Source of the DNA: an uncultured delta proteobacterium
Lineage (GTDB): Bacteria; Myxococcota_A; Polyangia; Polyangiales; Polyangiaceae
Length of the DNA: 64,000 nucleotides
Reading direction: 5' to 3'
NCBI GenBank assembly: GCA_963716725.1
Contig: CAVQUB010000005.1
Coordinates: forward strand, 416,001-480,000
This document shows, piece by piece, positions 21,222-30,890 of this stretch (the stretch's first letter is position 1; each line of letters opens with the position of its first letter). The notes under the pieces were generated by a model. The model did no database searches. It worked only from the letters and a program-made list of their open reading frames with translations, and was not told the DNA's origin. Both the position numbers and the translations under genes were made by a program.

Positions 21222-21803
21222 ATGGAGCTGGGTGAGCTTTGGGCTTGGGTCACCGCGATCGCGCTCGGCGTCGGCTTGGCGGCGACGGCGGGGCTGCGCG
21301 CCTGGCTACCGCTACTGCTCGCCGGAGCGCTCGCGCGCTTCGACGTGGTGTCCCTCGGCGAGAGCTTCGGGTTTCTGTCGTCGACGCCGGCGCTGGTCCT
21401 GTTTGCCGTAGCGACCGTGGTCGAGATTGTCGCGGACAAGATCCCCGCCGTCGACCACGTGCTCGATCTCGTCTCCACGGTGGTGCGTCCCGCCGCCGGC
21501 GCGCTCTTGGCCGCCTCCGCGCTCTACCAGGTGAACGATCCCTTGATCGCGGTCGTGATCGGGATCTGCGTGGGAGCGCCCGTCGCTCTGGGCCCCCACG
21601 TCGCGAAGTCGGCGTTCCGCGCGGCGTCGTCGGCCACCACCGCTGGCATCGCCAATCCCATCGTCAGCTTCGTCGAAGACGGCCTGGCCATCGCGCTCTT
21701 CGTGCTGGCGGTGGTCCTGCCGATCTTGGCGGCGCTGATGGTCGCCGTGATCGCCTACCTGGTCATTCGACGACTCCGCCGCCCCGCGGTCGCGCCGGCG
21801 TGA
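21222..21803 (+). CDS. DUF4126-family membrane protein
   Basis: 'GLAATAGLRAWLPL', 'EIVADKIPAVDHVLD', 'NPIVSFVEDG'. Confidence 0.85.
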   Translation: MELGELWAWVTAIALGVGLAATAGLRAWLPLLLAGALARFDVVSLGESFGFLSSTPALVLFAVATVVEIVADKIPAVDHVLDLVSTVVRPAAGALLAASALYQVNDPLIAVVIGICVGAPVALGPHVAKSAFRAASSATTAGIANPIVSFVEDGLAIALFVLAVVLPILAALMVAVIAYLVIRRLRRPAVAPA

Positions 21804-21804
21804 G

Positions 21805-22062
21805 TCACTCGGGGAAGGTCTCCCAGAGCCCGATCGTTCGACGTCGGCGTGCTTTGGCCACCGAGAAGGCATCGAGCGCGACGATGGCCGACACGATGTA
21901 GCCGACCCCGCAGGAAGCGATCACCAACGCCATGATCACCAGGCCCTTGGCGACTTGACCGAGGATCACGTGGCCGAGCCCGGGGGCGAGCACGCTCAGC
22001 ACGATGGCCACGAGGTCGGTGCCGTCGAGCTGGCTGGTGGTCGGGGAGGGCAGTGCTTCCAT
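21805..22062 (-). CDS. small membrane protein of unknown function
   Basis: 'LSVLAPGLGHVILGQVAKGL' (PGxGH..GQ..KG motif) with hydrophobic helices. Confidence 0.75.
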   Translation of the reverse strand: MEALPSPTTSQLDGTDLVAIVLSVLAPGLGHVILGQVAKGLVIMALVIASCGVGYIVSAIVALDAFSVAKARRRRTIGLWETFPE

Positions 22063-22151
22063 GGTTTCGAACGCGTCCTTTCGAGGTGCCGGGGTCGATC
22101 GGCGCCGTCGAGGAGCTGTTCGTGGAGGCGGGGGCGATTATTTCGCGAGCG

Positions 22152-22601
22152 TCAGGGGCTGAACTGGAAGGTCCAGCTCGCCGCCGTGGCGTCCCGGGCC
22201 GCGTTGAACGAGATCGCGACGATGCCCTGGGTCAGACACGCGTGCAGGGCGCGATCGGCGAGGGGAACGCCTGGCAGGGTGATGCCCGGCGGCGGGACGT
22301 CGGTGGCTCGGACCACCTGACCCTGCTGCGCGATGTCGAAGAAAATCGTGGCCGTCCCGCTCTTGCCCAGCACGAACGACTCACTGCGCCGGTAGCAGTC
22401 GGAAAAGCGCGCGGTGTTCGCGGTGACTGCCGCAGAGATGTCCTCGCGGCTTCGCTCCGGCAGGTGCGCGACGGAGGGCGGTGCCCCTTGCGCCGGCCCG
22501 GGCTCGAAGGGTGGCGGGTAGCGCGGCGGAGGGCGAGCGGGAGCGCTGGATTCGCAGGCGATGAGCCCGACCGCAAACAGGGTGGGTACAACTCGTTGCA
22601 T
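22152..22601 (-). CDS. lipoprotein with AgmX/PglI (TonB C-terminal-like) domain
   Basis: GGAGG SD, lipobox LIAC, Pro-rich linker, 'FSDCYRR..SGTATIFFDI..G.V..LHACL..WTFQF'. Confidence 0.7.
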   Translation of the reverse strand: MQRVVPTLFAVGLIACESSAPARPPPRYPPPFEPGPAQGAPPSVAHLPERSREDISAAVTANTARFSDCYRRSESFVLGKSGTATIFFDIAQQGQVVRATDVPPPGITLPGVPLADRALHACLTQGIVAISFNAARDATAASWTFQFSP

Positions 22602-22702
22602 TTCGCCTCCGCCTATTTCGCCCATCGTGGAGTCGTCCGCCATCGATTTTCCGGCGGACTGGTTTGACGAGCCCCTGCGCCTCTGCAAAGACCTCCGAGT
22701 TC

Positions 22703-23941
22703 ATGGGCTCCCCGCTCCGCGTGTTGCTCGCAGCGCTGACGTTCAGCGCGCTGTTCGTGGCCACGCGGCCTGCGCACGCTTACACCTGGATGATCCGCCA
22801 CGGCTACGGCGGTTGCACCACCTGTCACACCGATCCATCCGGTGGCGAGACGCTCACCCGGTACGGACGCGCACAGAGCGACCTGCTCTTGCGCATGCGC
22901 TACGGCGGTGCCAGCGCATCGACCGCGGCGGGCGGCAGCGAACAACCGAGCGCTTCGTCGGGCTTCTTGTGGGGACTCTTCGAGCAGCCCGACTGGATGC
23001 TCTTTGGAGGCAGCCTGCGCAGTGCGGGCCAGCTCAGCGGCAGCAAGTTCCGTTACTTCCCGATGCAAGCGGACGTCTACGGCCAAGTCGCTTTCGGTCC
23101 TGTGCGGATCGGCGGCAGCCTGGGCGCCGCGAAAGTAAAGTCCGGTTCGCCCCACGCTCGCGCTGCGCAAGTGACCGCCAATCAAGGCGATGAGCTCAAT
23201 TTGATTTCGCGGACCCACTGGCTGGGCGTCGACTTCGGAGGCCCTGGTGATTTGCGCCTGCGAGCGGGGCGACTGAACCTGCCCTTCGGCATCCGCATGA
23301 GCGAGCACATCATGTGGGTTCGGGAGGCGACGCGCACCGACCGCGAGTCCGATCAGCACCACGGCGCCGCTATCGCGTTCAACGGCAGTCACCTGCGCGG
23401 CGAACTCATGGCCATCGCGGGCAACTACCAGGTCAGCCCCGACCGGTATCGCGAGCGCGGTTACAGCTTGTACCTCGAGGCGCTGGCGTCGCGCTCCGTC
23501 GCGGCAGGCGCGAGCAGCTTGCTCGCTTTCTCGAAGGCCGACCGGATCACGTTGGAGCAAGGCAGCACCGCTCGGGGCGCGCACGGAGCCTTTGCGCGCT
23601 TCGCGCCGGCGCCGCCCCTGGCCATCTTGGTGGAGGCCGACGCACTGCACCTGTCCCGGCGCGACCTGGGCTACGTGGGGTTCATCCAGGCGGACTACGA
23701 GCCCGTTCAAGGTCTGCACTTCAGCGCGACGGGGGAAGTGGCGGACCTTGGCTACCAGCGGCGGCCCGGCGACTCGCTCGGCATCGACCGACCGCGGCGG
23801 CCCGGCGCCGGCGAGCCGCGCTTCGGCGGCTGGCTCACCGCGGATTGGTTCTTTCTGCCGCATTGCGAGCTACGCGTCGACGCCATCGTTCGTCAGGACG
23901 ACCCCTTCACCCTGCTCAGCCAACTGCACGTCTTCCTGTGA
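22703..23941 (+). CDS. outer-membrane beta-barrel with N-terminal c-type heme motif (Cyc2-like cytochrome-porin)
   Basis: Signal peptide ending AHA; CTTCH at 22814-22828 followed by 'TLTRYGR'; amphipathic beta-strands ('LRLRAGRLNLPFG', 'GYVGFIQADYEP'); C-terminal 'QLHVFL'. Confidence 0.75.
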   Translation: MGSPLRVLLAALTFSALFVATRPAHAYTWMIRHGYGGCTTCHTDPSGGETLTRYGRAQSDLLLRMRYGGASASTAAGGSEQPSASSGFLWGLFEQPDWMLFGGSLRSAGQLSGSKFRYFPMQADVYGQVAFGPVRIGGSLGAAKVKSGSPHARAAQVTANQGDELNLISRTHWLGVDFGGPGDLRLRAGRLNLPFGIRMSEHIMWVREATRTDRESDQHHGAAIAFNGSHLRGELMAIAGNYQVSPDRYRERGYSLYLEALASRSVAAGASSLLAFSKADRITLEQGSTARGAHGAFARFAPAPPLAILVEADALHLSRRDLGYVGFIQADYEPVQGLHFSATGEVADLGYQRRPGDSLGIDRPRRPGAGEPRFGGWLTADWFFLPHCELRVDAIVRQDDPFTLLSQLHVFL

Positions 23942-23946
23942 CCGCC

Positions 23947-24444
23947 ATGATCTCCAAGCCCCCATCAACGCGAGGCCTCGGCACCACGGCATTGCTTCTG
24001 CTTTGGGCTGCGTCCGCGGTGGCCTCGCCGGAGTACCCGACCGCCGTGCAAGAGGCAGCGGGGTCGCCTTGTCCGCCTCCTTGCACGCTGTGCCACGAGA
24101 CCACCAACGGCGGCTTTGGCACGGTCACCAAGCCCTTTGCGGACGCCATGCTCAACGACGGGCTCGAGGGCGAGGACGTCTCACTGGTGGCGCCCGCTAT
24201 CGAAGCGCTGCGAGCCAATCAGATCGACAGTGACGACGATGGCGTCGGCGACATCGCGGAGCTGGCGAGCGGTCGGGACCCGAACCTCCCGGGCGGGGGC
24301 GACCTGTGCGGGCCCCAGTACGGTTGCGGCGCGCAGGTCGCATCGGCCCCGGCGGTCGGCGTCCACGCGCTCGCGCTCGCACTCGCGGGTGCGGCGTTGC
24401 TTGGCGCTCGCCTTCGTCGCCGTCGCAGCGCAGCGCGCGGGTGA
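23947..24444 (+). CDS. secreted monoheme cytochrome c with DxDxDG motif and MYXO-CTERM-type anchor
   Basis: Signal peptide; CTLCH at 24082-24096; 'DSDDDGVGDIAEL..GRDP'; tail 'YGCG..ALALALAGAALLGARLRRRR'. Confidence 0.75.
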   Translation: MISKPPSTRGLGTTALLLLWAASAVASPEYPTAVQEAAGSPCPPPCTLCHETTNGGFGTVTKPFADAMLNDGLEGEDVSLVAPAIEALRANQIDSDDDGVGDIAELASGRDPNLPGGGDLCGPQYGCGAQVASAPAVGVHALALALAGAALLGARLRRRRSAARG

Positions 24445-24451
24445 GCTCGAG

Positions 24452-24466
24452 CCCTGGACGCCAGGG
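24452..24466. other. short GC hairpin after the cytochrome gene
   Basis: ccctgg-acg-ccaggg; no U-tract. Confidence 0.3.
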
Positions 24467-24677
24467 ATCGCCAAGACCGCCACCCGTGGCGCCGCGTCGT
24501 CGGATTGGCGACCGCTGGCGCCCGTTCCGCCATTTTCTCGGTTTTCTGGGGTTGCGCTCGCGTCCTTCTTCGAAAATCCCGACAAATAAGGGCTGACGCG
24601 CCCTCGCCTGGGAGAGTACCCTCCGCCCCCGTTTCGGCCCCATCCCTGCCGTGCTCCGCAGGCCGAAAGCTCCGGTC

Positions 24678-25223
24678 ATGGACCCCATCGCATTTGGCAT
24701 CGTCGCGGCCTGCCTGCTGCTAGCAGCGCTGCTCGTGGTGACGAGCAAGAACCTGGTGCACGCGGTGCTGTGGCTTGCCGTGACGCTGGCGACCACCTCG
24801 GCGCTCTTCGTGCTGCTGCAGGCGCCGTTTCTGGCTGGCATTCAGGTCCTGCTCTACACCGGCGGCGTCATCACGCTGATGCTCTTCGGGGTGATGCTCA
24901 CCCGCCGTCACGAGCGAGTATTCATCGAGAACGAGACCTCAGCACGGCGGCGTTTCCCAGCGCTCCTCGCCGCCGGCGTCCTCTTCGGAGTCATCGCGTG
25001 GGCCACCGCCCGGACGCCCAACTTGCCGAACCGACCGGGTCGCTACGTTACCGCCGACGAGATCGGGAAGTCCTTCCTCGGGGAGCACCTGCTCGCCTTC
25101 GAGCTGCTCAGCATCTTGCTCCTGATCACCATGATCGGCGCCATCGTGCTGGCGCGAAAGGTCGATTTCGGCAAGCAGCAAGCGCGGGGCGTCCCAGTTC
25201 GCGGCGAGAGGGCGGCCCGATGA
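24678..25223 (+). CDS. nuoJ: NADH-quinone oxidoreductase subunit J
   Basis: 'KNLVHAVLWL', 'APFLAGIQVLLYTGGVITLMLFGVML', 'FELLSILLLITMIGAIVLAR'. Confidence 0.93.
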   Translation: MDPIAFGIVAACLLLAALLVVTSKNLVHAVLWLAVTLATTSALFVLLQAPFLAGIQVLLYTGGVITLMLFGVMLTRRHERVFIENETSARRRFPALLAAGVLFGVIAWATARTPNLPNRPGRYVTADEIGKSFLGEHLLAFELLSILLLITMIGAIVLARKVDFGKQQARGVPVRGERAAR

Positions 25224-25519
25224 CGATGCAGCCGCTCATATTGCTGTCTGCGGCGCTGTTTTGCGTCGGCATCTACGGCGTGGTGTCGCGCCGCAACGTG
25301 ATCGGCATCCTGCTCAGCGTCGAGCTGATGATGAACGCCGTGAACATCAACTTCGTGGCTTTCTCGCACCACCACGGCAGCCACGTCGGCCAGACCTTCG
25401 CCCTGTTTTCCATCGCGCTCACCGTGGCCGAAGTGGTGGTGGGGCTGGCGCTCGTGATTTTGCTCTACCGCTCGCGCAAGGACGTGGCGGTGGACGGCGC
25501 GCGGGCGCTCGGGGAGTGA
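25220..25519 (+). CDS. nuoK: NADH-quinone oxidoreductase subunit K
   Basis: 'GIYGVVSRRN..LLSVELMMNAVNINFVAF..AEVVVGLAL'. Confidence 0.93.
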   Translation: MTMQPLILLSAALFCVGIYGVVSRRNVIGILLSVELMMNAVNINFVAFSHHHGSHVGQTFALFSIALTVAEVVVGLALVILLYRSRKDVAVDGARALGE

Positions 25520-25523
25520 TGAG

Positions 25524-27351
25524 ATGATCCTTGGTCTCACCCCCGTGACTTGGGCGCTCGTGGCGCTTTTCGGGCCCGCCCTCGCGGCGCTGATCATCGG
25601 CGTGGCTGCGCCGCTGCGCAAGCAGGGCAAGCCAGCGGCCTACTTGGCGGTGGCGGCGGCCGCGCTGTCGCTGCTCGCGGCCGTCGCGCTCATGCTGCGC
25701 CAACTGGGCGCGCCGGCGGAGGCGCTGGTCACGACCACGCGCTGGTTGCCCTCCGCGGGCCAGACCATCGCCGAGATCGGCGTGCGCATCGACGGCATCA
25801 GCGTGCCCATGTTGCTGGTCGTGACGCTGGTGGCCACCTGCGTGCAGGTCTTCTCCCTCGGCTACATGGCCGACGAGCCGCCGCCGGCCTTCGGCCGCTA
25901 CTTTGGCTACCACTCGCTGTTCATCTTCAGCATGAACACCCTGGTGCTCGCACCCAACGTGCTCCAGCTCTTCGATTGGCTGGGAGCTGGTCGGGCTGAC
26001 CAGCTACCTGCTCATCGGCTTCTACTGGCAGAAGCCCAGCGCAGCGCGCGCGGCGGTGAAGGCCTTCTGGATCACCAAGCTCGCCGACATCGGCTTCGTC
26101 GCCGGCGTCGTGTTGCTCTTCGTTTCGACGGGAAGCTTCAGTTGGACGGCGCCATCGGATCCGACGCTGCACATGTGGATCGGCTTCTGCCTGTTCGTCG
26201 CCGTCATGGGCAAGAGCGCACAGTTCCCGCTGCACGTCTGGCTGCCCGACGCGATGGAAGGCCCGACGCCGGTGTCGGCGCTTGCTGCACGCCGCCACCA
26301 TGGTCGCCGCCGGTGTCTACCTGGTCGTGCGCGCAAATCCGCTCTTCGAGTCCGCTGCCGGTGCGCGAGCTCATGACCTGGCTCGGCGCGTTCACGGCGC
26401 TCTTCGCCGCCGTGCATCGCGGTGGTGCAGACCGACATCAAGAAGGTGCTCGCCTACTCGACCTGCTCGCAGCTCGGCTACATGGTCAGCGCGCTGGGCG
26501 CGGGCTCGCTCATGGGCGGCTACTTCCACCTGACCACCCACGCGTCGTTCAAGGCGCTGCTCTTCCTCGGGGCCGGCAGCGTGATCCACGCGGTGCACTC
26601 CAACGAGCTTTCGGACATGGGCGGGCTCTGGAAGCAGATGAAGCTGACGGGCGCCACCTTCGTCGTCGGCGCGCTGGCGCTGGCGGGCGTGCCGGGCCTG
26701 GCGGGCTTCTTCAGCAAGGATCTGATCCTCGAGGCTTTGTACGAGAAGCAGCAATTCGGTCCCCTCGGCATGCTGATGGTCGCGGCCTTCTTGACCGCCT
26801 TCTACATGGGACGCGTCGTCTTTCTGACCTTCTTCGGCAAACCCAGCAAGAAGGCGAAGCACGCCCATGAAGGCGGGCTCAGCATGCAGGCCCCGCTGGT
26901 GCTGCTCGCGGTGCTGGCGCTGGTGGCGGGTTACTTCGGCAACCAATTCGCCGCTCTCTATGGCACCAAGTATCACTTTCACCTGGGCGCGGTCGGCGGC
27001 ATTGCGACGGTGCTCGGCTTGGGCGGCATCCTGCTGGCCTATTTGATCTACGGCAGGCGCTCGGTGCCCGAGTCGACCTTCGCGTTCCTCGGGCCCGTCG
27101 GGCGGCTCGCGCGTTCGGGCGCAGTGGACCGCGCGTACCTGTTCGGTTTCCACAAGCTCGCGCTCGGCCTCGCCGGGGCCATCGGCTGGTTCGATCGCTA
27201 CGTGATCGACGGTCTGATCAACCTGTTGGGCTGGGCCACCATCATGGCTGGCCGGCGTGTGCGCAGGATCCAGACCGGCAACGCCGCTGACTACGTCTAC
27301 GCGGTCATCGCCGGCGCGGTCGTGCTCGCCACCTGGGGCGTCCTCCGATGA
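25524..27351 (+). CDS. nuoL: NADH-quinone oxidoreductase subunit L (about 4 frameshifts)
   Basis: Pieces in successive frames: 'SLGYMADE', 'WELVGLTSYLLIGFY', 'GKSAQFPLHVWLPDAMEGPTPVSA', 'HAATMVAAGVYL', 'QTDIKKVLAYSTCSQLGYM', 'THASFKALLFL'. Confidence 0.9.
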
Positions 27352-28932
27352 TGGGTCTGCCGCTGCTCAGCCTGATCGTGGCCGCGCCCTTCGTGGCCGC
27401 GCTGATCTTGTTCGTCGTGCCTGGCGCACAGCGCGGGCTGGTGCGCTGGATTTCGCTCCTGGGCGCGTCGGTGTCGCTGGCCGGCAGCGTGCAGGTCGCG
27501 CGCGTGTACGACCTGGGCCAGGGTGGCCTGCAGCTGCCGGAGCGTTATCCGCTGGTGCCGAGCCTCGGCATCGAACTCAACCTGGCGGTCGACGGCTGGG
27601 GCGTGTCGCTGCTCCTGCTCACCGGCATCATCATCTTCGCCGGGGTGCTCGCGAGCTGGACGCTGAAGGAGCGCGACAAGGAGTTCTTCATCTTCTTGCT
27701 GGTGCTCGTCACCGGCGTCTTCGGCGTCTTCGTCTCGCAGGACCTGTTCGTCTTCTTCCTGTTCTACGAGATCGCCGTCCTGCCGATGTACCTGCTGATC
27801 GGCATCTGGGGTTCGAGCCACGCGGTGACCGAGGCAGGGCCCTTCCGCTTCGTGTGGAAGCTACTCGACATCGGCGGCCAACGAGTACGCGGCGATGAAG
27901 CTGACGCTGATGCTGCTGGTCGGCTCGGCCTTCATCCTGGTCGCCATCTTCGCCATGTACGTCGAGGCGGGCGCGCGCACCTTCGACATGGCCGTGCTCG
28001 GTAGCCACCCTTACAGCCGCGGATCTGCAGCTGTGGGCGTTCCCGTTCCTCTGGCTCGGCTTCGGCTCGCTCGGCCGGCGTCTTTCCCTTCCACACCTGG
28101 TCGCCCGACGGCCACGCCTCGGCGCCGACCGCGGTGTCCATGCTGCACGCCGGCGTGCTGATGAAGCTCGGCGCCTTCGGCGTGATGCGAGTCGGCATGG
28201 TGATGCTGCCCGAGGGCGCTCAGGTCTGGGCACCCTGGGTCGGCGGCGTCGCCGTCATCAACATCGTCTACGGCGCGCTCTGCGCCATGAGCCAGAAGGA
28301 TCTCAAGTACATCATCGCGTACTCGTCGGTCAGCCACATGGGCATCGTCATGCTCGGGGCGGCGACGCTGACGCCCAACGGCTGGAACGGCGCCGTCTTC
28401 CAGATGTTCGCCCACGGCATCATGACCGGCCTGTTCTTCGCCCTGGTCGGCCTGGTCTACGAGCGCGCGCACTCACGCCACGTGCCCAGCATGGGCGGCT
28501 TCGCCAAGACCGATGCCGGCGGTCGCGGTGTTCTTCACGCTCGCCGGCCTGTCCTCGCTCGGCCTGCCGGGCACCGCCGGCTTCGTCGCCGAGATCCTGG
28601 TCTTCCTCGGCGCCTGGCAGAGCCCGCATTGGTGGTGGGCGATCCCGGGCATCGTCGGCGCGTTCATCACGGCGGTCTACGTGCTGCGTGCCGTGCGGCA
28701 GATCTTCTGGGGTCCCGGACCCAGCGAGAAGTTCCACGATCTCTCCGACGCCTCCAAGACCGAGTGGGGCGCGCCCATCGTGCTCGGGACCTGCATCGTG
28801 GTCTTCGGCGTCTACCCGGTGATCGTCCTGGACTACATCGACAAGGCGACGCCGATGTACCTGCAGCAGGCCAAGGGCACATCGCGCCTGGCTCGAGCAC
28901 CGGCAACAACGCAGCCGCGAGGTGAGCGGTGA
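27348..28932 (+). CDS. nuoM: NADH-quinone oxidoreductase subunit M (about 4 frameshifts)
   Basis: 'FFLFYEIAVLPMYLLIGIWG', 'EYAAMKLTLM', 'FPFHTWSPDGHASAPTAVSMLHAGVLMKLG', 'DLKYIIAYSSVSHMG', 'SLGLPGTAGFVAE'. Confidence 0.9.
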
Positions 28933-30392
28933 ACGTCTCCCTCGCCGATCTCCTGCCGCTGAGCCTCGATCTGGCGCTGTGCGCCGGCATCTTGCTCACC
29001 TTCGTTGCCGACCTGCTCTCGGGGCCAAAACCGAACCGCGCCATCGGCGTGATCCCGGCCGCCACTTTTGCCGGCGCGCTGATCGCGTCGTTCCAGATGG
29101 ATCTCGACGGCAGCGCCTTCGGTGGCGCGTATGTCGGCGATCATTGGTCGCTCTTCTTCAAACGCGCGTTCCTGGCGGCGGGTCTCTTGACCACGCTCGG
29201 CAGCATGGATCACGTGGCGGAGCGTCAACCCCACCGGCAGGGCGAGTACTACCTGCTCTTGATGTGCAGCGTGCTCGGCATGACGCTCCTGCCGGGCGCC
29301 CGAGATCTGGTGCTGCTGATCGTCGCCTTCGAGCTGATGGGGCTGCCGCTCTTCGTGCTGGCTGCCTTCGCCAAGACCGAAGATCCGAAGGGCGTCGGCA
29401 AGGACGGACCCGAGGCGGCGCTCAAGCTCTACCTGGTCGGCGCCGTGAGCGCGGCCCTCACGCTCTTTGGCATGTCCTTCGTCTACGGCATGACTGGCGC
29501 GACCCGCATCGAGGCCATCGCCCAGACCCCGGTGACGCCCCTCTTCGTCGTGGGCGTGATGCTGGTGCTCGCGGGCATGGCCTTCAAGATCGGCGTCGTG
29601 CCCTTCCACATGTGGGTGCCTGACACCTACCAGGGCGCGCCCACGCCCTTCGTGGCCTTCCTGTCAGTGGCCCCCAAACTCGCTGGTTTTGCCGCCCTCG
29701 CCACGCTGCTCATGCACGGCTTTGCCCAGGTGCGGAGCGAATGGCAGCCGATCCTGATGGCGCTCTCGCTGGTCAGCATGGTGCTCGGCAACCTGCTCGC
29801 GGTGGTGCAGACCAACGTGAAGCGCATGCTGGCGTACTCCGGCATCGGGCACGTCGGCTACATGCTGATGGCCTTCATCTCTGGTGCCGGTGGCACCACC
29901 ATGCTGCTGTTTTACTTCGTCGCCTACTTGGTCACCAATATCGGCGCATTCCAGGTCGTCGAGGCCGTCGAGCGCGAGAGTGGAGACTGCTCGCTGGCAG
30001 CATTTCGAGGCATGTGGAAGCGCTCGCCAATGCTCGCTTTTGCGATGCTGATCTTCCTGCTCTCGTTGGCGGGCATTCCCTTCGTGGTGGGCTTCTGGGC
30101 CAAGCTCTACGTGTTCATCGCCGCCTGGCAGAGCGGGCTCTACCTGCTGGTGATCTTGGGCGCCGTGCTGGCCGTGGTCGGGCTCTTCTACTACATGCAG
30201 GTGGCTCGCTCGATGTACATGACGCCGCCTGACCACGACCGCCCGTTCCGGGCCCCGCCTGCGCTCATGCTGTCCGTGGTGCTCTGCTTGGTAGGCGTGG
30301 TGGCCTTCGGCGCCTGGCCGCGGAGCGTGCTCGACGACGCGACCCGCGCGACGCAGCCCTTCGTGTCGGCGCGAGCGGCGCTGCTGCGCTGA
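28929..30392 (+). CDS. nuoN: NADH-quinone oxidoreductase subunit N
   Basis: 'EAALKLYLVG', 'FKIGVVPFHMWVPDTYQGAPTP', 'QTNVKRMLAYSGIGH', 'LSLAGIP'. Confidence 0.95.
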   Translation: MNVSLADLLPLSLDLALCAGILLTFVADLLSGPKPNRAIGVIPAATFAGALIASFQMDLDGSAFGGAYVGDHWSLFFKRAFLAAGLLTTLGSMDHVAERQPHRQGEYYLLLMCSVLGMTLLPGARDLVLLIVAFELMGLPLFVLAAFAKTEDPKGVGKDGPEAALKLYLVGAVSAALTLFGMSFVYGMTGATRIEAIAQTPVTPLFVVGVMLVLAGMAFKIGVVPFHMWVPDTYQGAPTPFVAFLSVAPKLAGFAALATLLMHGFAQVRSEWQPILMALSLVSMVLGNLLAVVQTNVKRMLAYSGIGHVGYMLMAFISGAGGTTMLLFYFVAYLVTNIGAFQVVEAVERESGDCSLAAFRGMWKRSPMLAFAMLIFLLSLAGIPFVVGFWAKLYVFIAAWQSGLYLLVILGAVLAVVGLFYYMQVARSMYMTPPDHDRPFRAPPALMLSVVLCLVGVVAFGAWPRSVLDDATRATQPFVSARAALLR

Positions 30393-30413
30393 ACGCCCAC
30401 GTGTTGGCGTTCA
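30390..30413. terminator. hairpin between convergent genes (possible bidirectional terminator)
   Basis: tgaacgcc-cacgtgtt-ggcgttca; the two opposing TGA stop codons form the stem ends; no U-tract. Confidence 0.45.
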
Positions 30414-30890
30414 CTGCCTGAGCTGCTCTGCGCTGAGTTCGGCCCGCGCGCGCTCCAGCACACGCAGGGCCGTCGCATGCCCGACAAGGTCGCGCTCCGT
30501 CATGATCGGAGGTACGTCGTCGATGGGGACCAAGCTCACCCAACGCGCTCGCTCGGAGCGACCAACGTGCTCCGGATGCGAGCGGAGGTGGTCCACGGCG
30601 ACGCGCGTCGCGACGGTGGTGAGCCAGGCCACGAACGCCGCCTCGCTCTTGCCGCCCGTTGACTGCAAGAAGGCCCGCAAGCGACGGAAGCCGCCCTCGC
30701 GCAGCTTGGCCATGACCCGCAGCACGATCTCGCGCCGGTCGTCGGCGCTCTTGCAGAGTGGACCGGTGAGTTGCCAACGGCCGCTCACGGACCAGATGCG
30801 GGGCTCCACCCGCTGCCACAGCGCGTGCCACGCGCTCGTGTCCCCCTCGAGGACCCGGGCCGCCAGCTCGGTCAAGTCGTCGCCGCTCAC
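30411..30890 (-). pseudogene. ECF-type sigma factor, region 2 only (region 4 absent)
   Basis: 'LAARVLEGDTSAWHALW', 'DDRREIV', 'FVAWLTTVATRVAVDHLRS'; stops at 'ELSAEQLRQ', where region 4 should begin. Confidence 0.65.

Noticed and set aside
25970..28520. Programmed ribosomal frameshifting or phase variation in nuoL/M
   Set aside because: Too many breaks, and no slippery heptamers or long homopolymer/SSR tracts at the sites; sequencing error is simpler
24678..30392. Mrp antiporter or hydrogenase-4/Ech membrane module
   Set aside because: Gene order and motifs match nuoJ-K-L-M-N; no MrpE/F/G or hydrogenase subunits
30385..30418. Palindrome as an integron attC site
   Set aside because: Too short, single copy, and no integrase or cassette array
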